A DNA stretch of 58,605 nt from an uncultured Saprospiraceae bacterium (GTDB lineage Bacteria > Bacteroidota > Bacteroidia > Chitinophagales > Saprospiraceae). The stretch spans positions 1 through 58,605 of the forward strand of contig CAZDVQ010000024.1 of assembly GCA_964508975.1 (NCBI GenBank), given 5' to 3'. Within the stretch, counting starts at the first letter, position 1; every line of letters starts with the position of its first letter. Position numbers and translations under genes: made by a program. Below the pieces are notes generated by a model. That model made no database searches. It was not told the origin of the DNA and saw nothing but the letters and a program-made list of their open reading frames with translations. This document shows, piece by piece, positions 19,378 through 29,133 of this stretch.

Positions 19378-20757
19378 CTAAAACTTGATTTTACCCGAGA
19401 ATTCCGAGAACTCCGATATCACTTTTTGGTAATAGGCCTTCTGTTCTAGGTCAAATATCATTTCTTCCACAGGATTAGCATTGCCTGGTACTGGTTCGTA
19501 TCCTGGCTCGTCCATATCCGTTTGTGCTGGCCCTTGGTACCATTTTCCGTTGCGCAGCATAAATCGGTGTTGGCCATACAAAAAGGCCAATTGGTTATAC
19601 TTGTAGTTCTCGTGTGTAGCGCCTTTATTGTTGTACCAGTACGATGACATGATGGGGTGCGAGCGCTCTACTTCGTCGAGTACCGACGGCCCGTTACCTT
19701 TTTCGCCAATTACCTCGCACATCGATGAGTACAAGTCGCGCGTACTCATGGGGCTAAGTACTCGGCTAGCTGGACGGCCATCGTGGGGCAGCCAAAACAT
19801 CGGTACCTTGTTGCCCGCATCGGTCACGTTGCTGAAGTGGTAGGTCCAACCGCTTTCGCCAAAGTTTTCACCGTGGTCAGCGCCAAAAACCACCAGGTTA
19901 CCGGTATTTTCGTGCATTTCTTGGCAAAAACTATCCACGTCGCGGGCTATAGAGCGCCAAGCTTTTTGCTGGCGACCCTTGAGCTGGTCTAGTTGTGGCC
20001 GCTTCACGTTTTGGTAGCCTTTTTTCAAGAAGGTTTGGTTGGCCATGTGGAATAAAGCCACCAACTCTTGCAATTTCTTGAAAATACCGGGTGCATCTAA
20101 TCTAAAAGTAGGCGCCACGTGATAGGGGAAGTGCGTTTCCATCAAGTTCAAGAAAATGAAACTGCTTTCGCCTTTGGCCTCATTTTCGGCCACAATCTGC
20201 CGGGCTTTATTGAAAATATCCAAGTAAGTATGCTGTAACCAGGTCTTGGCGGTCTCGATATCCTCGCTCAGACGGTTCATAATCATGTCTTTCGACAATA
20301 ATTTTTCCCGTAAACGAGGCTTTGCAATCAACACTAAAAACTGTTGTAAAGTCGAGAACTTGGGTTCAACCTGCTGCCAAATCCGGTGTATTTCGTCAAA
20401 GCCGCGGTCAAGGCCAAATATATGCGTGGTGGCCACGTTGGCCGTAATCTGGTAGGTTTTGTACCCTGCCGCCTTCATTTTTTCAGCTAGCGTGGGAATA
20501 TCCTTGTGTATACCGCGTGTTTGGGCCGTTGCACCATGCTCGTGTGGCAGCAAACCTGTAAATATAGATGCCGTGGCGGGCAAGGTCCAACAACCGCCTG
20601 ATCGGGCCTCCAAAAATTGAATACTGTTGGGCTCTACATAGTCAAGGCCTGTTCCGGCCTCGGTGTAAACGCTGTCGAAGCGCAGGCTATCGGCAACAAT
20701 TACTATAATATTGCGGGGCTTTTCTGCCATGTGCGTTGTTGTTGATTGATACTGCAA
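19378..20757 (-). CDS. sulfatase-like hydrolase/transferase (alkaline-phosphatase superfamily)
   Basis: N-terminal NIIVIVADSLRFDS metal-binding motif and GCWTLPATASIFTG core typical of PF00884. Alternative start at M10 (20730). Adjacent to a GT39/ArnT-like glycosyltransferase, which suggests envelope lipid/glycan modification. Confidence 0.65.
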   Translation of the reverse strand: MQYQSTTTHMAEKPRNIIVIVADSLRFDSVYTEAGTGLDYVEPNSIQFLEARSGGCWTLPATASIFTGLLPHEHGATAQTRGIHKDIPTLAEKMKAAGYKTYQITANVATTHIFGLDRGFDEIHRIWQQVEPKFSTLQQFLVLIAKPRLREKLLSKDMIMNRLSEDIETAKTWLQHTYLDIFNKARQIVAENEAKGESSFIFLNLMETHFPYHVAPTFRLDAPGIFKKLQELVALFHMANQTFLKKGYQNVKRPQLDQLKGRQQKAWRSIARDVDSFCQEMHENTGNLVVFGADHGENFGESGWTYHFSNVTDAGNKVPMFWLPHDGRPASRVLSPMSTRDLYSSMCEVIGEKGNGPSVLDEVERSHPIMSSYWYNNKGATHENYKYNQLAFLYGQHRFMLRNGKWYQGPAQTDMDEPGYEPVPGNANPVEEMIFDLEQKAYYQKVISEFSEFSGKIKF

Positions 20758-20827
20758 AGGTATAACTTTTGATTGTCTTAAACGTCAAGCAAAAGGCCAA
20801 ACATTCGGCCATGGCATCAATCTAAGT

Positions 20828-22405
20828 TTAATCAACGCTATCGTTTGCTTCTTTTAGCTCTAAACAAACCCAATACCGCAGTTCCACGGCTTGCTGTCGT
20901 AAGGCTGGATTCAAAAATTTTAGGTTTAGTTTCTGGATTGAAAACTGCTCCAACTCGGTAACCGCGGTTACCTGTGTACGCGTCCTTAACTCGGCCAAGC
21001 CTTCCGGAGTGGTATAAACACAGGCTTTACCCCGGAATGTAGCCAGGTCTAACTCCGTTTTTACACCACCCGAGTAAAAGTCAAATCCATGTGTATGGGC
21101 CTTGTACGTGAATACGGCCTCCGATATGCCCTTCGCTTTTTGCCCAGCTACGCTGCCCGACTGGTACTGCATCAACCACGGATATAAAAATAGATTTAAA
21201 CATAGGTTTACGCCTATAAACGCCGCCGCCGATAATACCATCGTCTCCCCGCCCTTGAACTTGTACCAGCCTAGCCCAACACAAATCGATAAACCCAGCC
21301 CAAAGGCTACATAATTCCAAGGCCTGTCTATCAACAAGCCCATCGAGGCCGCAGCCAGGGGAATCAGCAAGACTAAAGCGGTTTGTACGTACTTTAACCA
21401 GGGTGTACTTTCTACTTGTGCTATGGCATTGGCGGCCAATATCGCTGCAAACGGGAACGATACGTATATGTAATGTGGTAGTTTGTATTGCGAAAATGAC
21501 AAGGCAACAATAGGTAATACAAAGCCTCCCAAACTTAAAAACTCGCTTGGCTTACGCTTGAATAACTGCACCAACACGTACAAACTCCAGGGCAAAAAGG
21601 CCCAGAGGAAGGTGTGCGTAAAAAACAAATACCCCGAATCGTTTTTCCAGCTGTTTTCGCCGGTAATCCGACCAAAACTTTGTGTCCAGAAGAAAAATTT
21701 AGGCCCCTCCGCCCCATACTGCAGGTACAATCCCCACAACATTGGGCTCAACAACAAGCCTACCCACAATAATCCAAGAATCCAGGCTGGTTTAAAAAAC
21801 ATACGCCATTGGCCCTGGCCAGCCCAATAGCTGGCTAAAGCCATGCCCGGCACAACGAGGCCAATCGGGCCCTTGGCCATCATCGCCAAGCTAACTGCCG
21901 TGAATCCAAACAAAAAATGCTGCCATTTATTCGTTTCTGCAAATGCCCAAAGTTGCCAAGTAGCCACAATGATGGCGTTGGCCAAAAGGGTATCTGCCCG
22001 CAAGTCGTGGTGTATTAAAAACCAGGCCTGGCAAGTCAGTAATATAACCGATGCCCGCAAGCCCGTTTGTTCATCGTACAGGCCCCTGGCCAAACGGTAG
22101 CACGCGTATGCCCCAAGCATGCTGGATAGTAAAGCCGGTATACGGAACACAAAATGGCTGTAACCCAACAGTTTAAAACACATGGCCGATAACCAGAACA
22201 ACAGCGGCGGCTTGTCCAAATAGTCCGCCCCGCGATGCTGAACGGCTAACCAATCCCCGCCCTGCGCCATTTCCTGCGCAATAGAAGCATATTGGGCCGA
22301 GTCTATTTCCAACAGGCCAACCCGCCACATCCCAAGGATGTAAACGCCAATACTCGCCACAATAAGCCCCAGAAGGGTGGTTTTGTTCGTTGCCATATGC
22401 TGCAT
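20828..22405 (-). CDS. GT39/ArnT-family glycosyltransferase (polyprenyl-phosphate sugar transferase)
   Basis: About 12 TM helices with the conserved N-terminal loop EIDSAQYASIAQEMAQGGDWL...YLDKPPLLFWL, typical of PMT_2/ArnT. The ORF track extends to 22615 through a GC-rich repeat; the internal ATG at 22403-22405 (MQHMATNKTT) is the more plausible start. Confidence 0.7.
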   Translation of the reverse strand: MQHMATNKTTLLGLIVASIGVYILGMWRVGLLEIDSAQYASIAQEMAQGGDWLAVQHRGADYLDKPPLLFWLSAMCFKLLGYSHFVFRIPALLSSMLGAYACYRLARGLYDEQTGLRASVILLTCQAWFLIHHDLRADTLLANAIIVATWQLWAFAETNKWQHFLFGFTAVSLAMMAKGPIGLVVPGMALASYWAGQGQWRMFFKPAWILGLLWVGLLLSPMLWGLYLQYGAEGPKFFFWTQSFGRITGENSWKNDSGYLFFTHTFLWAFLPWSLYVLVQLFKRKPSEFLSLGGFVLPIVALSFSQYKLPHYIYVSFPFAAILAANAIAQVESTPWLKYVQTALVLLIPLAAASMGLLIDRPWNYVAFGLGLSICVGLGWYKFKGGETMVLSAAAFIGVNLCLNLFLYPWLMQYQSGSVAGQKAKGISEAVFTYKAHTHGFDFYSGGVKTELDLATFRGKACVYTTPEGLAELRTRTQVTAVTELEQFSIQKLNLKFLNPALRQQAVELRYWVCLELKEANDSVD

Positions 22406-22435
22406 TTGGGCGCTAAAATGGTAACTTTGCGCCAC

Positions 22436-22572
22436 ATTTTTTTCTTTTTTTTGGGCGCGCCGGCTGCATGCGCAGCCGTCAGGCTGCTCCGGGTTCGCTA
22501 TTCGCTCATACCTTGGGGCATTCGCCCCTGCGGTACGGCCTTCGGCCGCCCTGCGCATCCTTCGCGCGATTC
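22436..22572. repeat. GC-rich REP/MITE-like repeat in a divergent promoter region
   Basis: Reads ttttttgggcgcgccggctgcatgcgcagccgtcagg...cgctattcgctcatacc...gcgcatccttcgcg. Sits between the divergent glycosyltransferase and amidohydrolase genes. Confidence 0.75.
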
Positions 22573-22606
22573 GTTTCCTGTCATACCCCACATGCCTCCC
22601 TTGCCA

Positions 22607-23800
22607 ATGTCGCAACTCAAAAATCTAGTACAAGCCCAAGCCCAGGCCATCTTTGGCCAAGTACTTGAACTACGCCGCCACTTGCACGCCCACCCCGAGC
22701 TATCGTTCGAGGAGGCTCAAACCAGCGCTCACCTCGCCCAGATGCTACAATCGGCAGGCATACCTTTCCAAGCAGGCGTGGCGGGTCATGGTATCGTGGC
22801 CCTGATTAAAGGCGATTTACCCGGCGACAAAGTCATTGCCCTGCGTGGCGATATGGATGCCTTGCCCATCCACGAGGCCAACGACGTACCTTACCGCTCT
22901 CAAAACCCCGGCGTGATGCACGCCTGCGGCCACGATGTCCACAGTGCCTCGGTGATGGGGGCTGCCCTTATTTTAAACCAGTTGAAAGCACATTTTGGTG
23001 GCACGGTTAAAATCTTGTTCCAACCGGCCGAGGAAAAACTACCCGGTGGCGCTTCGCTGATGATAAAAGCTGGCGCACTGGAAAACCCCAGCCCAAGCGC
23101 TATCCTAGGCCAACATGTTTACAATCCCATCGAGGCGGGTAAAATTGGTATCCGTTCGGGTATGTACATGGCCTCTGCCGACGAGATTTACGTTACCGTT
23201 AAAGGTCAAGGTGGTCACGGTGCTGTACCGCAAGATTGTGTCGACCCCGTGCTTGTATCTGCACACCTTATCGTGGCCTTGCAGCAAATCGTTAGCCGCA
23301 ACGCCAACCCGACCATTCCCTCGGTCTTGTCGTTTGGTAAGGTAGAGGCCAACGGCGCTACTAATATCATTCCCTACGAGGTGAAAATGGAAGGTACTTT
23401 CCGCACCATGGACGAGGCATGGCGCAGCAAGGCGCACCATCGCATGAAACAACTAGCCGAAACCCTTTGCGAGAGTATGGGTGCCACCTGCGAGTTCCGC
23501 ATTGAAAAGGGTTATCCCACCTTGTTTAACCACGAGGCCCTTACACAAGATGTACGGAGCCTGGCCGAAGCATATCTCGGCCCAGAAAACGTTGAAGACC
23601 TGCCCATCCGCATGACCGCTGAGGATTTTGCCTACTACTCGCAAGTGATGCCGGCTTGTTTCTGGCGCTTAGGCACCGGCAACAAGGCCAAGGGGATCAC
23701 ATCACCCGTACATACCAACACCTTCGATGTGGATGAATCTAGCCTCGAGGTTGGTAGCGGCCTCATGGCCTGGCTGGCGATTAATTATTTAGTGCGTTAG
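22607..23800 (+). CDS. M20D-family amidohydrolase (N-acyl-L-amino acid amidohydrolase/hippuricase-like)
   Basis: Metal-ligand motifs HACGHD, QPAEE and H.....GGHGA. The ORF-track start at 22292 runs through the repeat; the ATG at 22607 (MSQLKNL) is the likely start. Confidence 0.85.
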   Translation: MSQLKNLVQAQAQAIFGQVLELRRHLHAHPELSFEEAQTSAHLAQMLQSAGIPFQAGVAGHGIVALIKGDLPGDKVIALRGDMDALPIHEANDVPYRSQNPGVMHACGHDVHSASVMGAALILNQLKAHFGGTVKILFQPAEEKLPGGASLMIKAGALENPSPSAILGQHVYNPIEAGKIGIRSGMYMASADEIYVTVKGQGGHGAVPQDCVDPVLVSAHLIVALQQIVSRNANPTIPSVLSFGKVEANGATNIIPYEVKMEGTFRTMDEAWRSKAHHRMKQLAETLCESMGATCEFRIEKGYPTLFNHEALTQDVRSLAEAYLGPENVEDLPIRMTAEDFAYYSQVMPACFWRLGTGNKAKGITSPVHTNTFDVDESSLEVGSGLMAWLAINYLVR

Positions 23801-23821
23801 GCCAATGTCATTCAGCGTGAT

Positions 23822-24012
23822 TTATTTGGGCCATTTCAGGGCATGATAAGACAGATGCTGCCCAAAGGGCAGCCCATATCGGTAGCCGCGGGTAAGCAAA
23901 GCGCAACCCGGGGAAATTGAGCAACAACAGAAAACCCGTGGTGGCAAGCCGTTTGGATAGGTACGATACAGGAATCGCCACGGAACGATAGCCGTACCGA
24001 AACCCGGTCGAG
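23822..24012 (-). repeat. about 180-nt structured repeat element (family B), minus-orientation copy
   Basis: Its reverse complement aligns at about 80% with 42497-42700 (ggtttcggtacggctatcgttccgtggcgatt...ccccgggttgcgctttgcttacccgcggctaccgatat...ctgccctttgggcag). A partial inverted third copy lies at 24195-24265. Confidence 0.75.
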
Positions 24013-24194
24013 CGTAGCTCGGCCCAACCCCCGCTACCAACGGACGCGCAGCGTCTGTGCAGTGGAGGGGGGAGGCGCATAAGGCCTTAATTCCTATTTA
24101 AATTTGCAATAAAAACTTGTATCCATTGCGCGGCGAGGCAAGGTCTTGCCCCTTTTTTAACGATAACCGCCGCGCATGGGCTTGGGTTTACGTT

Positions 24195-24265
24195 GCGTTA
24201 ATTACCCCGGGTTGCGCTTTGCTTACCCGCGGCTACCAATATTGTCTGCCCTTTGGGCTGATCTG
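24195..24265 (+). repeat. partial copy of the family B structured repeat (3' module)
   Basis: attaccccgggttgcgctttgcttacccgcggctaccaatattgtctgccctttgggc, inverted relative to 23865-23935 and direct relative to 42610-42675. Confidence 0.7.
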
Positions 24266-24372
24266 CGTTAGGCATGCGAAGCGTGGCCGCAACGCGGCCA
24301 GCCCGTAGGGCCGACCGTCCAGGGAGCGCGTAGCACGCCGGCGACGCGCCTCGCGCGGTGCAACGCCCCAAT
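24265..24372. repeat. GC-rich REP/MITE-like repeat
   Basis: ttaggcatgcgaagcgtggccgcaacgcggccagcccgtagggccgaccgtccagggagcgcgtagcacgcc...cgccccaataaaaaacc, the same family and orientation as 8076-8186. Confidence 0.8.
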
Positions 24373-24427
24373 AAAAAACCTCCTGAACCGAGCGTGAAGC
24401 ACAAGTTACAGGAGGTTGGGGTTGCTG
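24372..24427 (-). terminator. rho-independent terminator downstream of the MltD-like gene
   Basis: Stem acctcctg / caggaggt. On the minus strand the hairpin is followed by TTTTTTATTGGGG. Confidence 0.5.
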
Positions 24428-24444
24428 GGGAGCAATATATTTTC

Positions 24445-25836
24445 CTAGCTGTTGATTTTCATGATTTTGATCATGTCGCCAGCTTGGATACGGTTAATTT
24501 TTGAAGCACCGTTCATCTCGATGATTGATTTTACATCAACATCTGGGTAGAGTTTAGAGATTTTCCACACGTTGTCGCCGGCTTGAACTTCGTAGTACAA
24601 GGTACCGTCAGACGTTACAGCAGTGTGCTCTGGGATAAACGGAACGTTTGCCGTGCGCAAAGAGAAGGTTTTGGCAATTTTTTGCTCAATAGTTCCTTTT
24701 TTGATAGCAGCGTTGTCTTCAGATTTGATAGCCAATTTGCTACCAACCGTTAGCGGAACACCCGCGCGGAGGTTGTTCCACAACATCAATTGCTGTGGAC
24801 TAACGCCGTGCAAGCGGGCAATACCTTCAACGGTGTCATCTTTACCCACGATGTGGAGGAGTTTTACACCGGCAAATTCATCGCCAGCGTAAGTAGCCTG
24901 GGCCAACATGTTGCCCGCGTATGATGATGTACTGGCAAAACCTTTGTACTCGGCCGCTTTGCGCAAAGGCAAAGTAACCACGTAACCGTTTTTGCTAGCA
25001 GGGATGAAGTTCAACAAGAAGGCAGGGTTCAAGAAACGGAGCGTCTCGATGGACACGCTAGTTTGCTCAGATAAATCCTTGAAACTAGTGGCCTTGTACA
25101 CGTGGATGGTATCGGTCAACAAGAATTCCTCGTCGAAACTCAAGGGCGACAAATCGTGCAGGTAGTAGTAGTTGGCCACGTAAGCAGCAGCGATAAACTT
25201 AGGTACGTATACCTGCGTTTCGCGGGGTAGGTTGTTCGAGAAAACCCAGTAATCAACTGAGCCAGTAGCTTTAATAGCGTTGTTTACTTTTACTTGGCCA
25301 GCATTGTAAGCAGCCAAGGCAGCAGCCCAACTGTTGTACTGGGTATACAAGCGCGACAAGAGAATAGCTGCAGCCTCAGACGATTTGTAGGGGTCGCAAC
25401 GCTCGTCGACATATTTATTGATGGTCAAGCCGTACATGCGTGCTGTTTCGGGCATAAATTGCCAAAAACCACCGGCACCAGCAGGAGAAAGCGCAGCAGG
25501 TTCAAGCTGCGATTCAATCATCGGGAGATACTTAAACTGGGTAGGAATTTGATGCTTGAGCATGTATTGCTCAAAAATCGGGAAAAATATTTGACCCTTT
25601 CCTAGTACGCGCTCAGAGGTTTTCTTACCTCTTACGGTTTGCGCAACGATATAATCCTTTACGGTTTGGTTATATCTGAATTCAAAGGCGTATGAAATGT
25701 TTTTGATACGCTGTTCGTATTCTTCGTCTGAATACGTTGGAATGTTGTTGTTGTTGTTGCTTTTTGGTTTAGCAGATAAAGTCGTAGTAGTAACGATAAA
25801 CAACAAGCAAACGAGGCTTAGGAGGCTCGTTTTCAT
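24445..25836 (-). CDS. membrane-bound lytic murein transglycosylase (SLT domain plus LysM repeats, MltD-like)
   Basis: Signal peptide. SLT catalytic region (IESQLEPAALSPAGAGGFWQFMPETA...AAYNAG). Two or three C-terminal LysM modules (VKLLHIVGKDDTVEGIARLHGVSPQQLMLWN; YEVQAGDNVWKISKLY). Confidence 0.8.
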   Translation of the reverse strand: MKTSLLSLVCLLFIVTTTTLSAKPKSNNNNNIPTYSDEEYEQRIKNISYAFEFRYNQTVKDYIVAQTVRGKKTSERVLGKGQIFFPIFEQYMLKHQIPTQFKYLPMIESQLEPAALSPAGAGGFWQFMPETARMYGLTINKYVDERCDPYKSSEAAAILLSRLYTQYNSWAAALAAYNAGQVKVNNAIKATGSVDYWVFSNNLPRETQVYVPKFIAAAYVANYYYLHDLSPLSFDEEFLLTDTIHVYKATSFKDLSEQTSVSIETLRFLNPAFLLNFIPASKNGYVVTLPLRKAAEYKGFASTSSYAGNMLAQATYAGDEFAGVKLLHIVGKDDTVEGIARLHGVSPQQLMLWNNLRAGVPLTVGSKLAIKSEDNAAIKKGTIEQKIAKTFSLRTANVPFIPEHTAVTSDGTLYYEVQAGDNVWKISKLYPDVDVKSIIEMNGASKINRIQAGDMIKIMKINS

Positions 25837-25958
25837 GGTTTAGTAATTTTGTTGAACAATTGGCTACCCCGGGAGGTAGGTACTTGGCAGTACATTTATT
25901 AGTAAAAATAAACCCGTTTTTTTAGTGACGCTTCCTAATTGCAAACGTCATGCCAAGT

Positions 25959-26174
25959 TTATTTTTTGTCGGCTTCTTTGCGGTCAGACTCGCGAATTCC
26001 TTCACGGATTTCTTCTTCAACCGAGTTTTTCGCGGTGTTGAATTCGCGGATACCTTTTCCTAAACCACGCATGAGCTCAGGGATTTTGCGGCCACCGAAC
26101 AACAATAATACGATAAGCAAGATTAAGATAATTTCTTGACCACCAAGTCCAAGAATTAAAAATAACGATTTCAT
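25959..26174 (-). CDS. tatA: twin-arginine translocase subunit TatA/E
   Basis: 71 aa. N-terminal TM helix plus amphipathic helix ([28 protein letters not shown]) and an acidic C-terminal tail. Confidence 0.8.
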   Translation of the reverse strand: MKSLFLILGLGGQEIILILLIVLLLFGGRKIPELMRGLGKGIREFNTAKNSVEEEIREGIRESDRKEADKK

Positions 26175-26257
26175 AGTGAGTTTTTTAACTGCTTTTAGTT
26201 CAAGCAGAATACAAAGTTACAAATTATGCTGGAATGTTGGGCCAAATTGAGCAATAA

Positions 26258-26782
26258 TTAACCTATCGGCTTGGCTTGTTTGTACAGCGGCACGGTAGAG
26301 CATGGCTCGCCGTACATGATGCTGTTGGCCACGGGCCGAAGCCTTTTGGCCAGTTCAAGGTACGCCGCGGTAGGCACTGGCTTGTTGCTACAACCCTTGA
26401 TGACTATTTTTTGGTCCTGGTACGCACTGATATCCAACGCGGCGATGGTTTCGCGGTAGTATTGTCCCAAGGCTTGCTCCACGGTACCCATGTAAATATC
26501 AGTCGCGAAGGGCGATGCCTGTATAGCAATCAACTGGTAGGCCCAAACCGGCACGATGGCATCGGTAGAGCAGTATACCGCTAGGCGTTGCCCACGGTAT
26601 TGTTCCCAGTTGTGGGCTTTCATGGCCTCGCGGAAATCTTTTTCCCGGAGCAGCAACTCCCGGAACAAGTATTCCTTGATGTCGAAGGCAACAATCGGCT
26701 CCGCCGGGTAGTAGTGCTCCAGGTTGATGGTGATCAAACTACTGGCCGCTACTTTGTTGACTAAAGGTTGCATGTTGTCCAT
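26258..26782 (-). CDS. DUF2480-family protein
   Basis: Bacteroidota-specific conserved protein pattern (LITINLEHYYP...IKEYLFRELLLREKDFRE). Start chosen at the internal ATG (MDNMQPLVNKV); the ORF track extends to 26821. Confidence 0.5.
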   Translation of the reverse strand: MDNMQPLVNKVAASSLITINLEHYYPAEPIVAFDIKEYLFRELLLREKDFREAMKAHNWEQYRGQRLAVYCSTDAIVPVWAYQLIAIQASPFATDIYMGTVEQALGQYYRETIAALDISAYQDQKIVIKGCSNKPVPTAAYLELAKRLRPVANSIMYGEPCSTVPLYKQAKPIG

Positions 26783-26889
26783 ATTAAAAAAGCCATTTGT
26801 ACAATACAATGTATAATACAAATGGCTTATATAAAAAGTTTACCCGAAAGAGAGCTGTTTTTCGCCGGAAGCTAAAGTCCAAACATACT

Positions 26890-29004
26890 CTAATAAAATT
26901 TCGAGCGGTTATCTTTGATTTTCGCTTTGTCGCGGAGCGCAGGCATCAACTTAGAGTTTACAGATTGCTCCATTTTAGAGCTCACTTGCTTGCGAACGGT
27001 CAGCGGGTCGGTAACTGGAGCTTCTGTACGGTTCAACACCTTGAATACATAAACACCGTTTTTACCAACGATTGTTTTTGAGTTAGCACCGATGGCCGCT
27101 ACTGAAGCAGCGCCCAACAACTTGGTTTCTTGACCAATAACTGGTGTAAACCTAGAGTTCATCGATACACCAACAGCGGTATCAACTTCAACGTTGAATT
27201 TGCTGGCCACTGCGTTCACGTCGGTTTGAGTACCAATTTTTTCTTTGATCATCGCACCTTTTTTCTCGTTGCGTACCATTGGTAAAATCTGCTCGCGTAC
27301 ATCATCAACCGATGGAAGGCCTTTACCTTTCTTAGAGGCTACTGCTACAACCACGTAACGGTTGGTGAAACGGCTAGCTGATTGCTGGTTCTCAAAAGAG
27401 TATGGTTTTTTAGATACTTCACCAACTTTGGCCTCGTGTGCCCACTTGATGATATCGCGTGATGCATCTTGTGGACCAAGTTCGCTGATAGAGTAATCAT
27501 TTGGTTTAAGGTTACCAGCTTTCTTCACAACAAGGCCTTCTTTTTGGGCACCCTTGCGGAACGACTCGATGTCGCGGTTGTTCACGATGAAGTTCAAGGC
27601 TTTTTGGTTAACCAACTCGCGGCTTTGTTTTGATGGCAAAACTTCTTTGCCGATGCTTGCGAACCAAACACCTACTTTACCGCTGGTTTTTTGGCCAGTA
27701 ACTTCAACCAAGTGTAAACCAAACTGTGTTTGAACGATGTTCAATTCACCCACTTTAGCTTTGTAGAAAGTCAAGTCGTTGAATTCTGGTACCATAGCAC
27801 CTGGGCCGTAGAAGCCAAGATCGCCACCTTTGCCTTTGGTACCGTCGGTACCCATAGAGTCGGCTGCTTGAGCAAAAGTAGTTTTACCCGCTTTGATAGC
27901 GTTTTTAACGCTGTCGAGTTTGTTGTATACCGCTTGGCGGTCGGCACCTTGTATAGGCAACAAGATGTGGCGTGCACGTACAGAGTCTGGAATCGCCTGA
28001 CGACCCAACAACTTGGTCACGGTCATTTGACCAGCGTCGTCGTATGGACCAAATACAGTACCTACAGCAGCTGAGAACAATGAATCGGCAATTGGTGAGC
28101 TAGCCACTTGATCGCGGGTAAAGTAGTTTTTACCCCAAGCCTCTGGTTTACCCGTGTTTTGAACCACGAAAGCAGAGTCAGATGCTGTTGCCTTAAATTT
28201 AGTGGCAATCTCCAACATTTTAGCGTTCAAAGCATCTTTATCGGCTTGTGTAGCCACAACGTCAAACACTACGAATTCGAGAGCAACGGTTGGTTCTTTT
28301 TCGAAATCCTTCTCGTTGGCCTTGATGTAGGCTTTCAAGTCGGTATCTTCCACTTTAACGTCGTTATCGTTGATATTGGCGTAAGGTACAAATGCAAACG
28401 CAAGCTCCATCATGGCGCTAGAGCTTTTGTACTCGCGGTCAGCCATCCAGGTTGGGGTGTAGATACCCTTGCGAACCATGTTGTTGTACTTGGCCACTTT
28501 TTGCTGAAGGGCAACTTCCTCGCGGATGTCTTTCAATTGTTGTTTCTGTGTTGCATCACCTTGTGATTCAACTTGTTGGATATACTCGCGAACACGAGCC
28601 ACATCAAACTGGCCAGTTTGCTGGTCGCCAAAAATTTGACGTACAAACGGCGAGATAAAACGTTGGTCTTCGCTGGTCATCAACTCGTCAACCTCTGCGC
28701 TAGATACCGAAATACCTAAGGCTTCAACCTCGTCGGTTAAAAGTTTGTTGTTGATGAATTGGTTCCAAACGTTGTCAACCACCTGGAAACCAGATGCTTG
28801 GCTGTTTTGAGAACTGTTCGAAACAGCTTTCTGGAACTCCTGGATATCAATGGTTTTACCGTTGATAGAACCTACAGATGAAGCGCCACCGCCACCCCTG
28901 AGTAATGATGATACAGCTTCACTTAAAATGAAAAGCAGAAGTGCTAGCGCCACGAAACCTACCAAGAGGCCTGTGCGTTTTCTGATGTCGCCAATTAATG
29001 CCAT
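26890..29004 (-). CDS. periplasmic chaperone/peptidyl-prolyl cis-trans isomerase (PpiD/SurA-like)
   Basis: 704 aa with an N-terminal membrane anchor, a SurA_N-like chaperone region and a parvulin-like rotamase segment (ARHILLPIQGADRQAVYNKLDSVKNAI...GGDLGFYGPGAMVPEF). Confidence 0.75.
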   Translation of the reverse strand: MALIGDIRKRTGLLVGFVALALLLFILSEAVSSLLRGGGGASSVGSINGKTIDIQEFQKAVSNSSQNSQASGFQVVDNVWNQFINNKLLTDEVEALGISVSSAEVDELMTSEDQRFISPFVRQIFGDQQTGQFDVARVREYIQQVESQGDATQKQQLKDIREEVALQQKVAKYNNMVRKGIYTPTWMADREYKSSSAMMELAFAFVPYANINDNDVKVEDTDLKAYIKANEKDFEKEPTVALEFVVFDVVATQADKDALNAKMLEIATKFKATASDSAFVVQNTGKPEAWGKNYFTRDQVASSPIADSLFSAAVGTVFGPYDDAGQMTVTKLLGRQAIPDSVRARHILLPIQGADRQAVYNKLDSVKNAIKAGKTTFAQAADSMGTDGTKGKGGDLGFYGPGAMVPEFNDLTFYKAKVGELNIVQTQFGLHLVEVTGQKTSGKVGVWFASIGKEVLPSKQSRELVNQKALNFIVNNRDIESFRKGAQKEGLVVKKAGNLKPNDYSISELGPQDASRDIIKWAHEAKVGEVSKKPYSFENQQSASRFTNRYVVVAVASKKGKGLPSVDDVREQILPMVRNEKKGAMIKEKIGTQTDVNAVASKFNVEVDTAVGVSMNSRFTPVIGQETKLLGAASVAAIGANSKTIVGKNGVYVFKVLNRTEAPVTDPLTVRKQVSSKMEQSVNSKLMPALRDKAKIKDNRSKFY

Positions 29005-29133
29005 GTCGCTTTTAGCAATTATTTAAATTATTAACTATTGATTTTCAATTACTTATCTACAGGGCACACCTATAGAGTGGGGCAAAAATACTATTTTTTA
29101 TGAAATAGCAAAGTAATATCAGTGATTTACTTG

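Noticed and set aside
22292-22615. N-terminal extensions of the divergent amidohydrolase (22292 start) and glycosyltransferase (22615 start) ORFs, which overlap each other
   Set aside because: Both extensions run through a REP copy and would overlap by about 320 nt. Internal ATGs at 22607 and 22405 give proteins with proper N-termini: a catalytic-domain start and a TM-helix start.
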